Assembly (NCBI RefSeq): GCF_020745735.1
Contig: NW_026867476.1
Span: forward strand, 974,427-1,038,426
Reading direction: 5' to 3'
Origin: Hemiscyllium ocellatum
Lineage: Eukaryota
Length of the DNA stretch: 64,000 nucleotides
A program made the translations under genes and the position numbers. The notes beneath the pieces were generated by a model. That model ran no database searches. It was given only the letters and a program-made list of their open reading frames with translations, and was not told the DNA's origin. Of this stretch, positions 48,131 to 60,310 are shown piece after piece (position 1 is the stretch's first letter; each line of letters begins with the position of its first letter).

Positions 48131-48320
48131 CAGCTGAAAATGTGTTGCTGGAAAAGCGCAGCAGGTCAGGCAGCATCCAAGGAACAGGAGATTCCTGAAG
48201 AGGGGCTCATGCCCGAAACGTCGATTCTCCTGCTCCTTGGATGCTGCCTGACCTGCTGCGCTTTTCCAGCAACACATTTTCAGCTCTGATCTCCAGCATC
48301 TGCAGACCTCACGTTCTCCT
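48131..48320. mobile_element. Short fold-back PLE pLTR element with hammerhead motif
   Basis: 60-bp inverted arms around ATTC-CTGAAGA-GGGGC(TCAT)GCCC-GAAACGTC. Confidence 0.85.
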
Positions 48321-48329
48321 CTGGGGACA

Positions 48330-48813
48330 ATAGGAGGAGGATGAGGGCGGGCACTAGGACCCAACGCGGGGCAGCAGGACTCGGCCGGAGTCCCCGCCCC
48401 CTATCTGTTACGTCACCCGCCCGGCCGCGCATGCGCACCGCTCCCACTCCCCCAACGGATCCAAGATGGCGGACGATCGGCGGGAGCTGATCCCGTGAAA
48501 AGGCCCCGCGGCCGCCGCCCCCCTCCCCCAACCCGCAAGCGGCCAATCGAGGCTCGGGGCGCTCAGTAAGTGTTTATAAACCCTTCCGGTCCCTCCGCCC
48601 TCCCCCCCGCGGTCCCGCATCCTCACCGCCGGCGGATGAGAGGGAAGAGGGGGAAGAAAACACGGCGTCTCTGCCCCCGTGGTGCTGGGCGGTCAGTGCG
48701 CATGCTCCGACCGCTTGGGTGGTACCGCGCCTGCGCACCTGCTCTCCCGTGGACTGAATAGGGGGCTTTCCCCACCGCGAGGGATGGTGGGTAAAGGCGC
48801 TGCCATTGCTCTC
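48330..48813. promoter_or_regulatory. CpG-island promoter candidate between divergent ZNF-2 (-) and ZNF-3 (+)
   Basis: GCGCATGCGC (NRF1) ~48426; CAAGATGGCGG (YY1) ~48462; TTACGTCA (CRE-like) ~48407; CCAAT ~48543; CTTCCGG (ETS) ~48583; GC boxes. Confidence 0.75.
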
Positions 48814-49002
48814 NNNNNNNNNNNNNNNNNNNNNNNNNNNNNNNNNNNNNNNNNNNNNNNNNNNNNNNNNNNNNNNNNNNNNNNNNNNNNNNNNNNNNNN
48901 NNNNNNNNNNNNNNNNNNNNNNNNNNNNNNNNNNNNNNNNNNNNNNNNNNNNNNNNNNNNNNNNNNNNNNNNNNNNNNNNNNNNNNNNNNNNNNNNNNNN
49001 NN
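48814..49002. other. Assembly gap (N run)
   Basis: 189 N bases. Confidence 1.
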
Positions 49003-50141
49003 TGGTTCAGAGAGCGGGACGGGCTTCGCAATCAGTAAAGTTAGTAACCAGATTATTAAGAAATAGCGGAAGCGTGCCTGGAGTGTGCTTCGGCAAAACT
49101 TTTGGTACAAACAGAAAGGCGAGTGCCTTTTCTTTCCTTCATCACGCCTGGGACGAGGTTTTCTCTGGCCAGTCCATCATGTATTGCGAACGTCTAATAG
49201 TTAGGACAGGGGGTTTGAAGACCAAGAGGCACGTTTGTAAGGTGAGAGGAGAGAGATTGAAAAAAAGACAGAGGGTGGTTCGTGTGTGGTATGACCTTCC
49301 TGAGGCAGTGGGTGGGTGTGGTTACAATTCCAACTTTTAAAAGACATTTGGATTAGTACATGGATAGGCAAGGTTTGGAGGGATATGGACTAGGAGCAGG
49401 CAGGTGGGACCAGTTTAGTTTGAGGTTATGATTGGCATGGACTGGTTAGACCAAAGGGTGTATTTCCATGCTGGGTGACTCTGAGTCAATCATTATTGCT
49501 GTAGAATCTTTCCTCACATGTAGCCCATTCCAAGTAAGAACAGCGATCTCCTTCCCTTAAGGAGATTAGTGAACTACATGCATTTTTCTGACAAATGGTC
49601 ACCACTTGACTCATTAATTGCAGCTTATTTTCATTACTGAATTCAGAGTTTGACTATTTGCCATGGCTGATTCAATCCTTGGTCCCTGGCTCACGACTTG
49701 GGTCTCTGGATCAATAGTCTCGTGATGATACCTCTAGGCCACAGTGAGATGGGAATTTACAGCTTTCGTGGGGCCAGAGGAGAAAAATATTTTAATAGTA
49801 ATTTGAATTGCCCATTCTGAAATTCTATCCTGTGTTCACAGTGGTGATATTTCAAAATCTTATCACAAAATACAACCCAAACATCGAGCCAAGATCTTGG
49901 AGAGTCATTCAGTTCATCAGTTACCGAATATCGTCAGCTTTTGAACATGGAAGGGGGACCATTTGTCTTCCCCGTGGGAGCATTTCAAACGTCAGTATGA
50001 TTGGAAAAGCACCGAGACATGCACGTTCCGCTGAGACTGTTCCGATGGACTAGCTTCAACTAGTCTGAAAAATACATCACACCATTCCCCGTGAAGAGAA
50101 CTATCCCGTGTGCCTGGGCGAGGACTCTCAACTGCTCCAGC

Positions 50142-50927
50142 ATGGAGAGACCCGAGGGCGCCCCCATCCTGGAGAAACCGTGGAAATGTGGGGACTGTGG
50201 GAAGGGATTCCGAACTCCGTCCGAGCTGGAGATTCATCGGCGCAGTCACACCGGCGAGAAGCCATTCGCCTGCTTTGAGTGTGGGAAGGGATTCTCCCGG
50301 TTATCTCAACTGACTGAACACCAGCGGGTTCACACTGGGGAGAAGCCATTCACCTGCACCGGCTGTGGGAAGGGATTCACTTGTTTGAGTAACCTCACTT
50401 CGCACCAACTGGTTCACACCGAGACGAGGCTTTATAAATGTCCTGACTGTGAGAAGAGCTTCAAGAGCACGAGGGACCTCCTGAGACATCGGTACGTCCA
50501 CTCCAGTCAGAGGCCGTTCTGCTGCTCCGTCTGCGGGAAGGGCTTTACTCGGTCGTCCAGCCTGGTCAGACACCAGCGGGTCCACACCGAGGAGCGGCCT
50601 TTCCCCTGCGTGACGTGTGGGAAAAGGTTCACCCGGTCCTGTACCCTGCAGAGACACCAACAAATTCACACCGCGCGGAACCCGTTTGTCTGCTCGGAGT
50701 GCGGGAAGGGGTTCACTGAGCTGTTCCAACTGCTGAGGCACCAGCGAATTCACACGGCCGCGAGGCCGTTCATCTGTTCGGAATGCGGGAAGGGATTCAT
50801 TCAGTCGTTTGAACTGCTGAGACACCGACGGGTTCACACCGGGGAGAGGCCTTTTATCTGCTCTGAGTGTGGGAAGGGATTCACTCAGTCCTCTCATCTG
50901 CTGAGACACCAGCAAGTTCACGAGTGA
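50142..50927 (+). CDS. C2H2 zinc-finger protein (9 fingers, no KRAB seen); ZNF-3
   Basis: ATG 50142 [23 protein letters not shown]...; stop 50925-50927; candidate acceptor tgttcacAG at 49841; ATTAAA at ~50997. Confidence 0.93.
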   Translation: MERPEGAPILEKPWKCGDCGKGFRTPSELEIHRRSHTGEKPFACFECGKGFSRLSQLTEHQRVHTGEKPFTCTGCGKGFTCLSNLTSHQLVHTETRLYKCPDCEKSFKSTRDLLRHRYVHSSQRPFCCSVCGKGFTRSSSLVRHQRVHTEERPFPCVTCGKRFTRSCTLQRHQQIHTARNPFVCSECGKGFTELFQLLRHQRIHTAARPFICSECGKGFIQSFELLRHRRVHTGERPFICSECGKGFTQSSHLLRHQQVHE

Positions 50928-51064
50928 TTCTTCCTATCAATGGTATTCAAGACTGGACTATGGGGCCTGTTCCTTCGACGGTTAATCACCGCTATGATTA
51001 AAATGTTGCCGTGTATTAAGTGTGACGACTGTTTCCAACTTGTACGTTGTGTATTTGAGTGGAG

Positions 51065-51460
51065 CAACTGGAGCGTCGGAGGCTGAGGGATGACCTTGTA
51101 GAGGTTTACAAAATTATGAGGGGCATGGATAGGATAAATAGTCAAAAGTCTTTTCCTTGGGGTGGGGGAGTCCAGAACTAGAGGGGCATAGGTTTAGGGT
51201 GAGAGAGGGAAAGATATAAAAGGGACCCAAGGGGGAACTTTTTCACACAGAGGGTGGTGGAGTGAGCCGCCAGAGGAAGTGGTGGAGGCTGCAACATTTA
51301 AAAGGCATCTGAATGTGGTTTTTGAATAGGAAGGGGTTGGAGGGATATGGGTCGGGTGCTGGCAGGTGGGACTAGATTGGGTTGGGATATCTGGGTCAGC
51401 ATGGACGGGTTGGACCGAAAGGTCTGTTTCCATGCTGTACCTCTCTGTGACTCTATAACT
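51065..51460 (+). mobile_element. CR1/HER1-like LINE 3' end
   Basis: Same 3' sequence as other copies; further degraded copies at ~49200-49490 and ~52000-52560. Confidence 0.88.
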
Positions 51461-52581
51461 GTCGTCCTTGCTGTAATGTCGTGTTAATGGGATACGGCAA
51501 CAAACGAGTCACATTTTACTTTCCCAACTGTGGTCAGAGCAGTGTGGGACAGGTGTGGATGAGGCTCGAGGACCTGAAGGACTCAGGCAGGAGGAACCAG
51601 GTGTGGAACCTGCTGGTGAGGTAGGAGGAGAAAAAAGCCAGAAAATAAGGGCAGAGAGGTCAGACTACTCAGGAACTACTAGCAGATGCAGTGTAGAAGC
51701 CTCTTCAGTCCTGCCTTACAGCCAGAGGGGGGCTAGGTTCAAGTTGAGAAACAATTGACACTTCAGGTGATGGCATATAACCTGACAGAGTGTGTGAGCC
51801 CGTTCTCCCTGTGTAATCCCACTGCTGCCTGAGCAGTGTGTGGGTATTTGCGATGAAACACAAGTGACGACAGCCTTCCAGTAAGACCAGCCTGCAGCAT
51901 CAAGTGAGAGCAAATGGATAATATCCCCATTTGGCAGGGAGGGACTGGGTGGTGTTGTAGAACTGAGAGACCGAGGGGTTCAGGTACATAACTCTTTGCA
52001 TCACACATAGACAGGGTGGTTAAGAAGGCACTTAGCACTCCTTTGAGTGTAGGAGTTGGGAACGTCACGTTGCAGTTGTACAGGACGTTGGTGAGGTCTC
52101 CTCTGCCGTACTGTGTCCAGTTATCGCCCCTGTTATCGGAAGGATATTATTCAGTTGAAGAGATGTGTCAGGATGTTGCCGGGGACAGAGAGTTTTGAGC
52201 TATAAGGAGACGCTGAATGAGCTGGGATCTTTTTCACTGCAGCGTGGGAGGTGAATCTCAAGAGTCTTTTCCCTAGGGTGGGGCATTTCAAGATTGGGGG
52301 GGGGACATTGTTTAAGGTGAGGGGAGACATTTTTTAAAAAGACACGAGAGCAATTGTTTTTCACATGGAAAATGGATTGCGAGTCCAGAGGAAGTGGATG
52401 TGTGCGCAGTTACAACGATATAAAAGCCATTGACAGCAGAAACGTTTGGAGGGAGATAGGCAAGCAGATGGGACTACTTTACTTTGGGATTATGCTCAGC
52501 CTAGACTGGTTGGACCCAAGGGTCTGTTTCCCCTGCCATACTGCTCTGTCACTGGGGATCAAATGGACAGATCTATCCATG

Positions 52582-53222
52582 TGTTAGGATCGCCTGTTCT
52601 GATTCCTGCTCAGCTGGTATTGGTCGTATACCTGAACTACTTGGGCGGAAGCACCGACAGGACACACAGGAGAATGGCAAGGAGTTGAGAGTTGGAGAAC
52701 GCAGGGGCTTATCGCACTGGTCCATTCTGTACAGATGGCATACCGAAGAGCCCCTACACTTGATAGCTGGCCAATGGGCAACGGAAAGGGAAATGCATGA
52801 CCAGTAAGTTCGCGCCCTTGGGCTAGGCCGAGTGGGGGACGCCGAAGGGGTTGAATGAGCCAAGGGTTAAAGCTTTCGTCCTGTCGTTAGTAATAGCAAA
52901 GCAACTGGGACCCGTAACAAATGTACATAACAACCAGGTCACACAGACAGTCGAGACGCGTAGACTAGAAGCCATACTAGCAGAGCGTTGACCTTGTATA
53001 AAACAGCAGATAATGTGAGACACCCAGGCAGAGCAGTGTGGTGAGTAGTGTATGAACGTTGTGATGTTCTGTGTAAGAATCTGAGGTTCCTGTAACCCAC
53101 CCGAAGAGGTTTTACACTTCACTGTAATAAGACCAGGTCTCGCTGCACATGCAAGAAATAAACCATCGTAGGCTGGACTCCTCTGTCTCCTCTCATCAGT
53201 TTCTCAAGTTGTCCTCTAACCA
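52582..53222 (+). mobile_element. Possible solo LTR
   Basis: TGTTAG...CTAAC(CA) inverted termini, TATAAAA ~52997, AATAAA ~53157; no clean TSD. Confidence 0.5.
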
Positions 53223-53302
53223 CAGAACACGGTTTTTAAAATCATTGACAACAACAAAAATTAAAGTCCAGGTTGAGAATGAGACAGTTGCACTCAGGGA
53301 GA

Positions 53303-54414
53303 TGTGACAACCTAGCGTAGATTGTCTGAACGCCTAATCTGAACTGCTGTGCCTGTCCCATTGGTAACAAGGGCTGACTTCAGTTTCCCGATAGACTGGG
53401 TAAACCTATCCAGTCCCAATACCGCGCAGGGCAAATTTCTGCAGTTTGTGTGAGATAGGTTTCTGGAGTCGAGCATTTTGGATTTCATATTATGTAATGA
53501 GAACGAGCAATTAGTAACCTTGCTGTTCAGGAAGCTTTGGGAATTTTTTTTGTTGTTGTTTCTATTTTTTTTCCCCCAGCACCCATGTTGTGTGTACGCA
53601 GGAGTGAGAGAGACACAGGGAAAAGACAACGGGTATACAAATCTTTCTTCAACTTCCACCACTGTGAAAAGAGTGGCCAGTGACCAGCGGTGCCCTTCAC
53701 ATCAAAGGGCAGTGCTGGGTGATCAAACAGTGAAGGGGAGGGCAGGGATTCAATCAAAATAGAGTTGGAGGGGGAGATAATACACTGCACTACACACTTG
53801 GGGCGGCATGGTGGCTCAGTGGTTAGCACTGCTGCCTCACAGCACCAGGGACCCAGGTTCAAATCTAGCCAAGGGCGACGGTCCGTGTGGAGTTTGCTCA
53901 TTTTCCCCGTGTCTGTGTGGGTTTCCTCCGGGTGCTCCGGTTTCCTCCCACAGTCCCAAGGTGTGCAGGTCAGGTGAATTGGTCACGTTAATTTGCCCGT
54001 AGTGTTAGTTGCATTAGTCAGAGGGAAATGGGTCGGGGTGGGTTACTCTTCGGAGGGTCGGTGTGGACTGGTCAGGCCGAGGGGCCTGTTTCCACACCGC
54101 AGGGATTCTAAGCTAATCTAATCAAGACAATCTATTTTACTAAGTTGCCAAGGGTGTGTTTATGAAACGTTATACTATCCTGGAACCGTGACTATTCAGT
54201 TGTAAAGTACTCCATTATTCTGTTGAGTTTTCTAATTGAGTTACGTTATTCCAATGTTTTCTTATAGTATAAGAATAAAATGTGTTTCGCATCAAGCCTG
54301 GTAGTTTGACCAATCGAAATGCATCTGGAATGCGATGCCTTTAAAATAAGAAAAGGTTTGGGTCTAGGCTGTCTTCTTAATATGTTTTGAGGGGGTGGGC
54401 TGGTCCCTATCACA
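53303..54414 (+). mobile_element. Possible solo LTR interrupted by a SINE
   Basis: TGTGA...TCACA termini, AATAAA ~54274; no TSD seen. Confidence 0.4.
53800..54123 (+). mobile_element. HE1-type SINE, full length
   Basis: GGGCGGCATGGTGGCTCAGTGGTTAGCACTG, GGTTCAAATC, TAATC tail. Confidence 0.92.
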
Positions 54415-55549
54415 GGTGTCAGGAGCTCATGAAATGTGTCACTAAGACTACCTTGAGGCCATCCAACCTTACTCCTACAGAACCAATGACTGTGTGAACC
54501 CCCACACTCACAGGCAATGTTTGTGGTTGTCTCGCTCTTTCATCTTCACATTCACCGTCTTCCCCCCTGACCTGAGGAGGGAGGGTGGTGGGGGGTGAAA
54601 AACAAAACTGTCAACCCCACTGTTACACAAATACTGCCCCTTTCTCTCATCTTCCTTTCTTCTGCAAAGTCCCCTCCTATTCAGAGCCATGGAGATCTAC
54701 AGCACAGATAAAGGCTCTTCAGCCCATTGGGGGGGTCCGTGCCAGTCAAAAGCAAGCACCTAACTGCAGAGGAAGCTCGATTATCTGCACGAGATGGGTG
54801 GGCACTATTATCCAGATGACTGGGACTCGGGAGTTTTCTGAAGTCTCCTTTTTCCTCACTCCACCTTGCCTTGCTTCCCCCCCCCCCCATCTCAGGGTTT
54901 GTTCCTGAGCAGACAGACACACACACACACACACACACACGTGTGCAAGGGACCTGCAGCACTGCTGCTTCCCGTCAATGGGATTGACAGAGCAAGTCCG
55001 CTCCCCATTCAGGAGAGTAGGCAGCAGCACAGCGGGCCAGTCAACAAGGTCCCTCTCTGCCTTGTACAGGACAATTGTTGGGGAGATGGTCAGGGGTCTG
55101 TATTTGAGAATATTCAGTGCTCTGAATTTGCCCAGATCGTCATTCTGTCTGTCTTTGTTTGGAGAGAGAGAGAGGGGGGTGGGGGGGGGTGGGGGGGGGG
55201 GGGGGAGGGGAAGGGGAGGGAGGTCAGTCATTTGGAAGTGGTGCCTGGGCTCCCAACAATGTCCAGGACTTTTCTTGGCAGCATTTCGGTAAGCCGACTT
55301 CACTTTTAATCATTGTCAACGGAAGACGTGATTGTCGCACCAGTGTTGGTGACACCTCCTTGGTGAAACGCTTTTATGGGACCTTGAGATCTTCCTCAGA
55401 TAATCCAAAATTCGGGCAATTAATATTCAGAATATCGAGATTCCTCTGTATTCTAATCCCAAGTTCCAGCACTTAGCCTATAGCCTTCGATACCTCGGTG
55501 TCACACCGGAGACACTTTCTCCTCACTTACTCTGTCGGAATCGTGTATA

Positions 55550-56355
55550 GTTAAAAATCACACAACACCAGGTTATAATCCAACAGGTTTAACTGGAAGC
55601 ACACCAGCTTTCGGAGCGACGCTCCTTCATCAGGGGATATGGAGGGCTTGATCGTAACACAGAATTTATAGCAAAAATTTGCAGTGTGATGTAACTGAAA
55701 TGATACATTGAAAAATTGACAGTCTGTTAAGCCTTTCATCTGTTAGAATAAGTGATAGTTTCACTTCTTTCATGTGTAAATCACAAAACCCATTTTTTAA
55801 AGTTGCATTCTCGGGTTAGCTGTTAACAATGGTGATAGCTGGACAATATGTTGAAGGTGTTAGCCCCCTGTGTTCTCTGTCTATGACCTGATGTTTAGAT
55901 TGATTCTAATCCAAAAAGTGAGATAACAGAGTTTTACATAGATTCATGCAGTTTTTGAGCTCAGAGTTCAACGTGAATGTATGCAGCTTTTGAGCAAAGT
56001 GCAATATAACTCTGCAAGTACAAATTCACCCCACAAAATATATGTGTGCATGTGGGTCTTTGTCTGTCTGTGTGTGTGTCTGTCTGTCCGGGGTGGGGGT
56101 TGTGAGTGTGAGAAAGTGTGTGTGTAGTGAGTGCAGAGTGTCTTAAGTCTGTGAGGGGGCGCATGTGTGAGTGTGTATGTCTATAAGGGTGTGTGTGGGT
56201 GTGTGTGTGCGCATCTGTGTGTACCTGTGTCCGTGTGTATGTGAGAATGTGTGTGTGTAGTGCGATGGTGATCACCTGTAATGTGACATGAACCCAAGGT
56301 CCCGGTTGAGGCCCTCCCTGTGGGGACCGAACTTAGCTATCAGCCTCTGCTCGGA
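55550..56355 (-). mobile_element. Penelope-like 3' region (third family) with (GT)n-rich UTR
   Basis: Hammerhead CUGAUGA-AGGAGC(GUC)GCUCC-GAAAGCUG at ~55605-55633; minus-strand GIY-YIG end 'EQRLIAKFGPHREGLNRDLGFMSHY'. Confidence 0.8.
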
Positions 56356-56699
56356 ATCGTTTATGACTTTGAATTCTTATCACGACTCCTCTGCACTCCT
56401 TTGGCTTCCATGGTAAAATACCCCATTTTCTTTCCTCTCTGTGTATAGCCAAAGCCTGTTTTCGCACGCAGTATTCCCACATCCACTGTCTCTACCCTCT
56501 GTGGACTCCTTGGGTTAACCCTAGCTAGGTCTAGCCTTTCCAACCACTTTTGTGTCGCCATTAATGGAGGATCCTGTCACGCCAGTGCCCAGAGGCCAAT
56601 TACATTAATAACCAGCTCCCTGTTATATGCATAATCTGAGTCCTGTTGCTTAATGATCAAGACACCTGAGAGGCCAGTGAAAGGTTTTCAGTCCAGGCG

Positions 56700-57200
56700 G
56701 ACCGTGCTGCACAGAGATCAGAGGGTGATAGAACAGAGCGAGGGAGGCCATGTTACAGCAGTGGAGAAGGTGCACACACAGGGGGCGCGCTCAACAACAG
56801 GTTTGAAATTTGAGAGCTGCTTTCAGAAGGGTGCGGCTGACATCAGGCAGGCCGACTGAGCGAATGCCTTCCCGCACCCGGAGCACGCGTCCGGCCTCTT
56901 CCCCAGTGTGACTGCGTTGATGGGTTTCCAGCAGGTAGTGATAACTGAATCCGGTTAAAGGTCCTTCCATGTTCACTGCTGCACTGGAACACTCTCACAT
57001 GTGTGTGTGTGTGTGTGTGAGACCGTCCCTCAGTACACTGACCCTTAAAATGCATCCTCAAAGTCAGGACAAAGAGATAACACACTTCCCCTTCCATAAG
57101 CAATGACTGATGATATTCAGGTCCTAATGTCTCAAGTGACTTGCTGGGTTGTTTGATTCGAGCTTTCTGAATGTCACCTTTTGAATTCCCTGTAGAAGGA
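56700..57200 (-). pseudogene. Decayed C2H2 zinc-finger gene relic
   Basis: '[18 protein letters not shown]' then frameshifted 'ACSGCGKAFAQSA'; 57106-57125 (minus GGACCTGAATATCATCAGTC) matches the ZNF-4 upstream segment at 63421-63440; similar piece at ~57848. Confidence 0.7.
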
Positions 57201-59177
57201 CATTACAGAAATCATCACGGTCAGACCGAGTTAGTAATTTACCAACCAATCTAATTGTTATGAATATTTATCCCCTCCCAAAGCTGTAAAACCCCATCAC
57301 ACTCAGTCTCTCTGTCCCCAGTACTTGGGCTGAACTTTTAATTTGATGCAGTGTTGCCCCACATACCTAGGTACAGTGAAATGTTTTGTTTTGCATATAG
57401 TACAGGCAGATTATACCATACAGAGATAATTAGAGTAATAGATCAGAGGGAGGAATACGATATTACAGCTTCAGAGGCGGTGCATAAAGAGTAAGGTCAG
57501 CAGTACGCTTGTAATTTGAGAGGTCCATTCAGAAGTCCAACAAGAGCAGGGAAGAAGCTGTTCTGGAATCTGTTGGTATGCATGTTTTAAGGTAAACCCC
57601 TTCTGTGCCGCAACGACATGTTTGTGAAAAGTCCCTTTGTATTTTAGCACTTGCAGTTGGGAGGTCACCAGGTGAACCTGTTACACTCCCTCTAAAGTGA
57701 CCTCGACTGAGGCTGATTGCTCAGAATCGAACAGGAGTTGACCTAACCACGTTTGTGAATCACAGCGCTTTTCCATTCAAACTAAGACTTGAAATCCCCA
57801 CCCCGTAGGCAGAACAGACAAACCTTTTTGTCCTTAAATGTTCCAAGACTGATGACATTCAGATCCTGAAGAAATCCCAGTCAAATCTCAATGTGGTGTT
57901 TGACTTCACCTTCCCATCTGTCAATCTTCGGGTTCCACTCTGCCGTAAGATTGCAGACAAATTTAGGTTAGAAATTCAAAAAGAGACAAAGACCTTTTTG
58001 TGGGTGTGAGTTTGGTGTTTACAAATCCTCCATTCCTCCCCCTTTCCGCTTGGTAAAAGGAATTTACCCAACGCTGAAGGATTCTGCCCCCAGATATATC
58101 TCTGCTCCAAATGTGTCCTGTACACAAACAGCAGGACAAACTAAACTGGACACTCCATCAGCCTACCCTCCACCATCAGGAAAGTGACGGAAGTTGTTAC
58201 CAACAGTGCTATCAAGCAGCTCTGGCTCAGCAATAACCTGCTCAGTGACAACCAGTTTGGACTCTGCCAGGGCCACTCAGTTCCTGACTTCATTACGAGC
58301 TCAGTTCGAACAGGGCCAAGAGAGCTGAATTCCAGAGGTGAGGTGGGAATGACTGAGTGCAGCATCAAGGATCCCTGTCAAAACTGAGGAATTGGGGAAT
58401 GAAAACGCTTCACTTGTAGGACTCAAACTTGGCCCGAATTAAGTTGGTTGTTGGAGCCCAGTCGTCTCAGCTCCCACTGCTTCTAAGGGGGGTAGAGGCA
58501 GAAATCCTTGTCACATTTAAGAAGTATTTAGATATGCACTAACAATGTCAAGCCAAACAAGGCTGTGAGCCAAGTGCAGGTAAATAGGAGAAGAATAGTT
58601 GCTTGTTTTTGACTCAATGGGCCAAAAGGCCTCCTTCTCGTGCTGGAGACCTCTGTCACTCTATAACCATCCAGGACAAAATAACATGCACATGCAATGC
58701 AATCTCTCAACCACTGATGCCTTGAAACAGCAATATATGCTATCTAGGATCCGAGGATGCCTACTGTCCAGATAAAGGCCATTCGGCCCTTACAGTCTGC
58801 ACAGACTCGGGAGGCATCCGATCCAGACCCACACCCTGCCCGCATTGCCTACTCCGCTGAGCCGGCACGTGTCTGGACTCTGTGGGAGAACGTGTAAACT
58901 CCGCACTGACAGTTGCCCAAGGCTGGCATCGAACTGGGGGGGGGGGGGTCCCTGGCGCTGTCAGGCGCTAACAAAACACACTCTGGAAATTCACTGAAGA
59001 TCTTAAGCGGCGCCTTCCAACCTGCTGACTGCTTGCATTTAGAAAGACGGGGGGGGCAGCAGACAGATGAGAACGCCAGCCCACGCAAGCTCCCCATCCG
59101 GACCACTCACTGTCCCGACTTGGAAGTATACCGGCTGTCTCTGGGTCAGAATCTTGGAACTGCCTTCCCTAACAGTC

Positions 59178-59680
59178 AAGATTAGAGTGGCGCTGGAAAA
59201 GTACAGCAGGTCAGGTAGTATCGGAGGAGCAGGAAAATTGACATTTCGGGCAAAAGCCCTTCATCAGCAATAAAGACAGGGTGCCTGCGGAGTGGAGAGA
59301 TAAATGAGAGGGGGTGGGGGTGGGGCTAGGGAGAAGGTAGCTGAGACAGAGCAGTAGGTGGATAGAGGTGGGGGTGAAGATGATCGGGCCGAGTGAATAG
59401 GTGGGAAGGAAGATTGACAGGTGGGCCAGGTCATGAGGTGGAAGGTTGGAACTGGGGTAAAGCGAGGCGGAGGGGAAATGAGGAAACTGGCCAAGTCCAC
59501 ATTGATGCCCTGGGGTTGGAAGGACCCAAGGCGGAAGATGAGGCGTTCTTCCTCCAGGCATCGGGTGGTGAGGGAGTGGCAATGGAGGAGGCCCAGGGCC
59601 TGCATGTTCTTGGCAGAGTGGGAGGAGGAGTTGAAATGTTGGGCGGTGGGTTGATTGGCGCGGGTGTCCTGGTCTGGGTT
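59178..59680 (-). mobile_element. Penelope-like 3' fragment
   Basis: 'AQHFNSSSHSAKNMQALG..LEEERLIFRLG..PQGINVD'. Confidence 0.85.
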
Positions 59681-60034
59681 ATAGTCCAACAGGTTTATTT
59701 GAAACTGCAAGCTTTCGGAGCACCGCTCCTCCGTCAGTTAGCTAGAGGGGTAGGATCATAGGACACAGAATTTATAAGTAAAAGATCATCGTGTCAGACA
59801 ACTGACACTTCCAAATCACAGTGCCGAGATAACTTAAGGTTTCCCTGACGCTGGAAGGCAGCAGTGACAACAAGACCCACTTCGGAAATCCACTAAAGAT
59901 CTTAGACACCACCTTTCAAATGCATGACCTTTTGCATTTAGGACAAAGGGCAGCAAATACAAGTTTCCCCCTGAGCCGACTTGGAAATATATCGGCTGTT
60001 CCTTCAGTGTCGCTGAGTCAGAAGAAGTTTTTTT

Positions 60035-60310
60035 TAAGATTAGATTACTTACAATGTGGAAACAGGCCCTTTGGCCCAACAAGTCCACACCGACCCATGC
60101 CCCTACATTTACCCCTTATCTAACACTTCAGGCAATTTACCATGGTCAATTCACCTGACCTTAACATCTTTGGACTGTGGGAGGAAACCCACAGCAGACA
60201 TGGGGAGAATGTGCAAACTCCACACAGTCAGTCGCCTGAGTTGGGAATTGAACCCGGGTCTCTGGCGCTGTGAGGCAGCAGTGCTAACCACCATGCCATC
60301 GTGCCACCCA
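60035..60310 (-). mobile_element. HE1-type SINE
   Basis: Minus-strand A and B boxes and AATCT tail. Confidence 0.9.

Noticed and set aside
48574-49110. ORFs spanning X runs
   Set aside because: Artefacts of the assembly gap.
53800-53880. tRNA genes
   Set aside because: A and B boxes are SINE heads that run into SINE body and tail.
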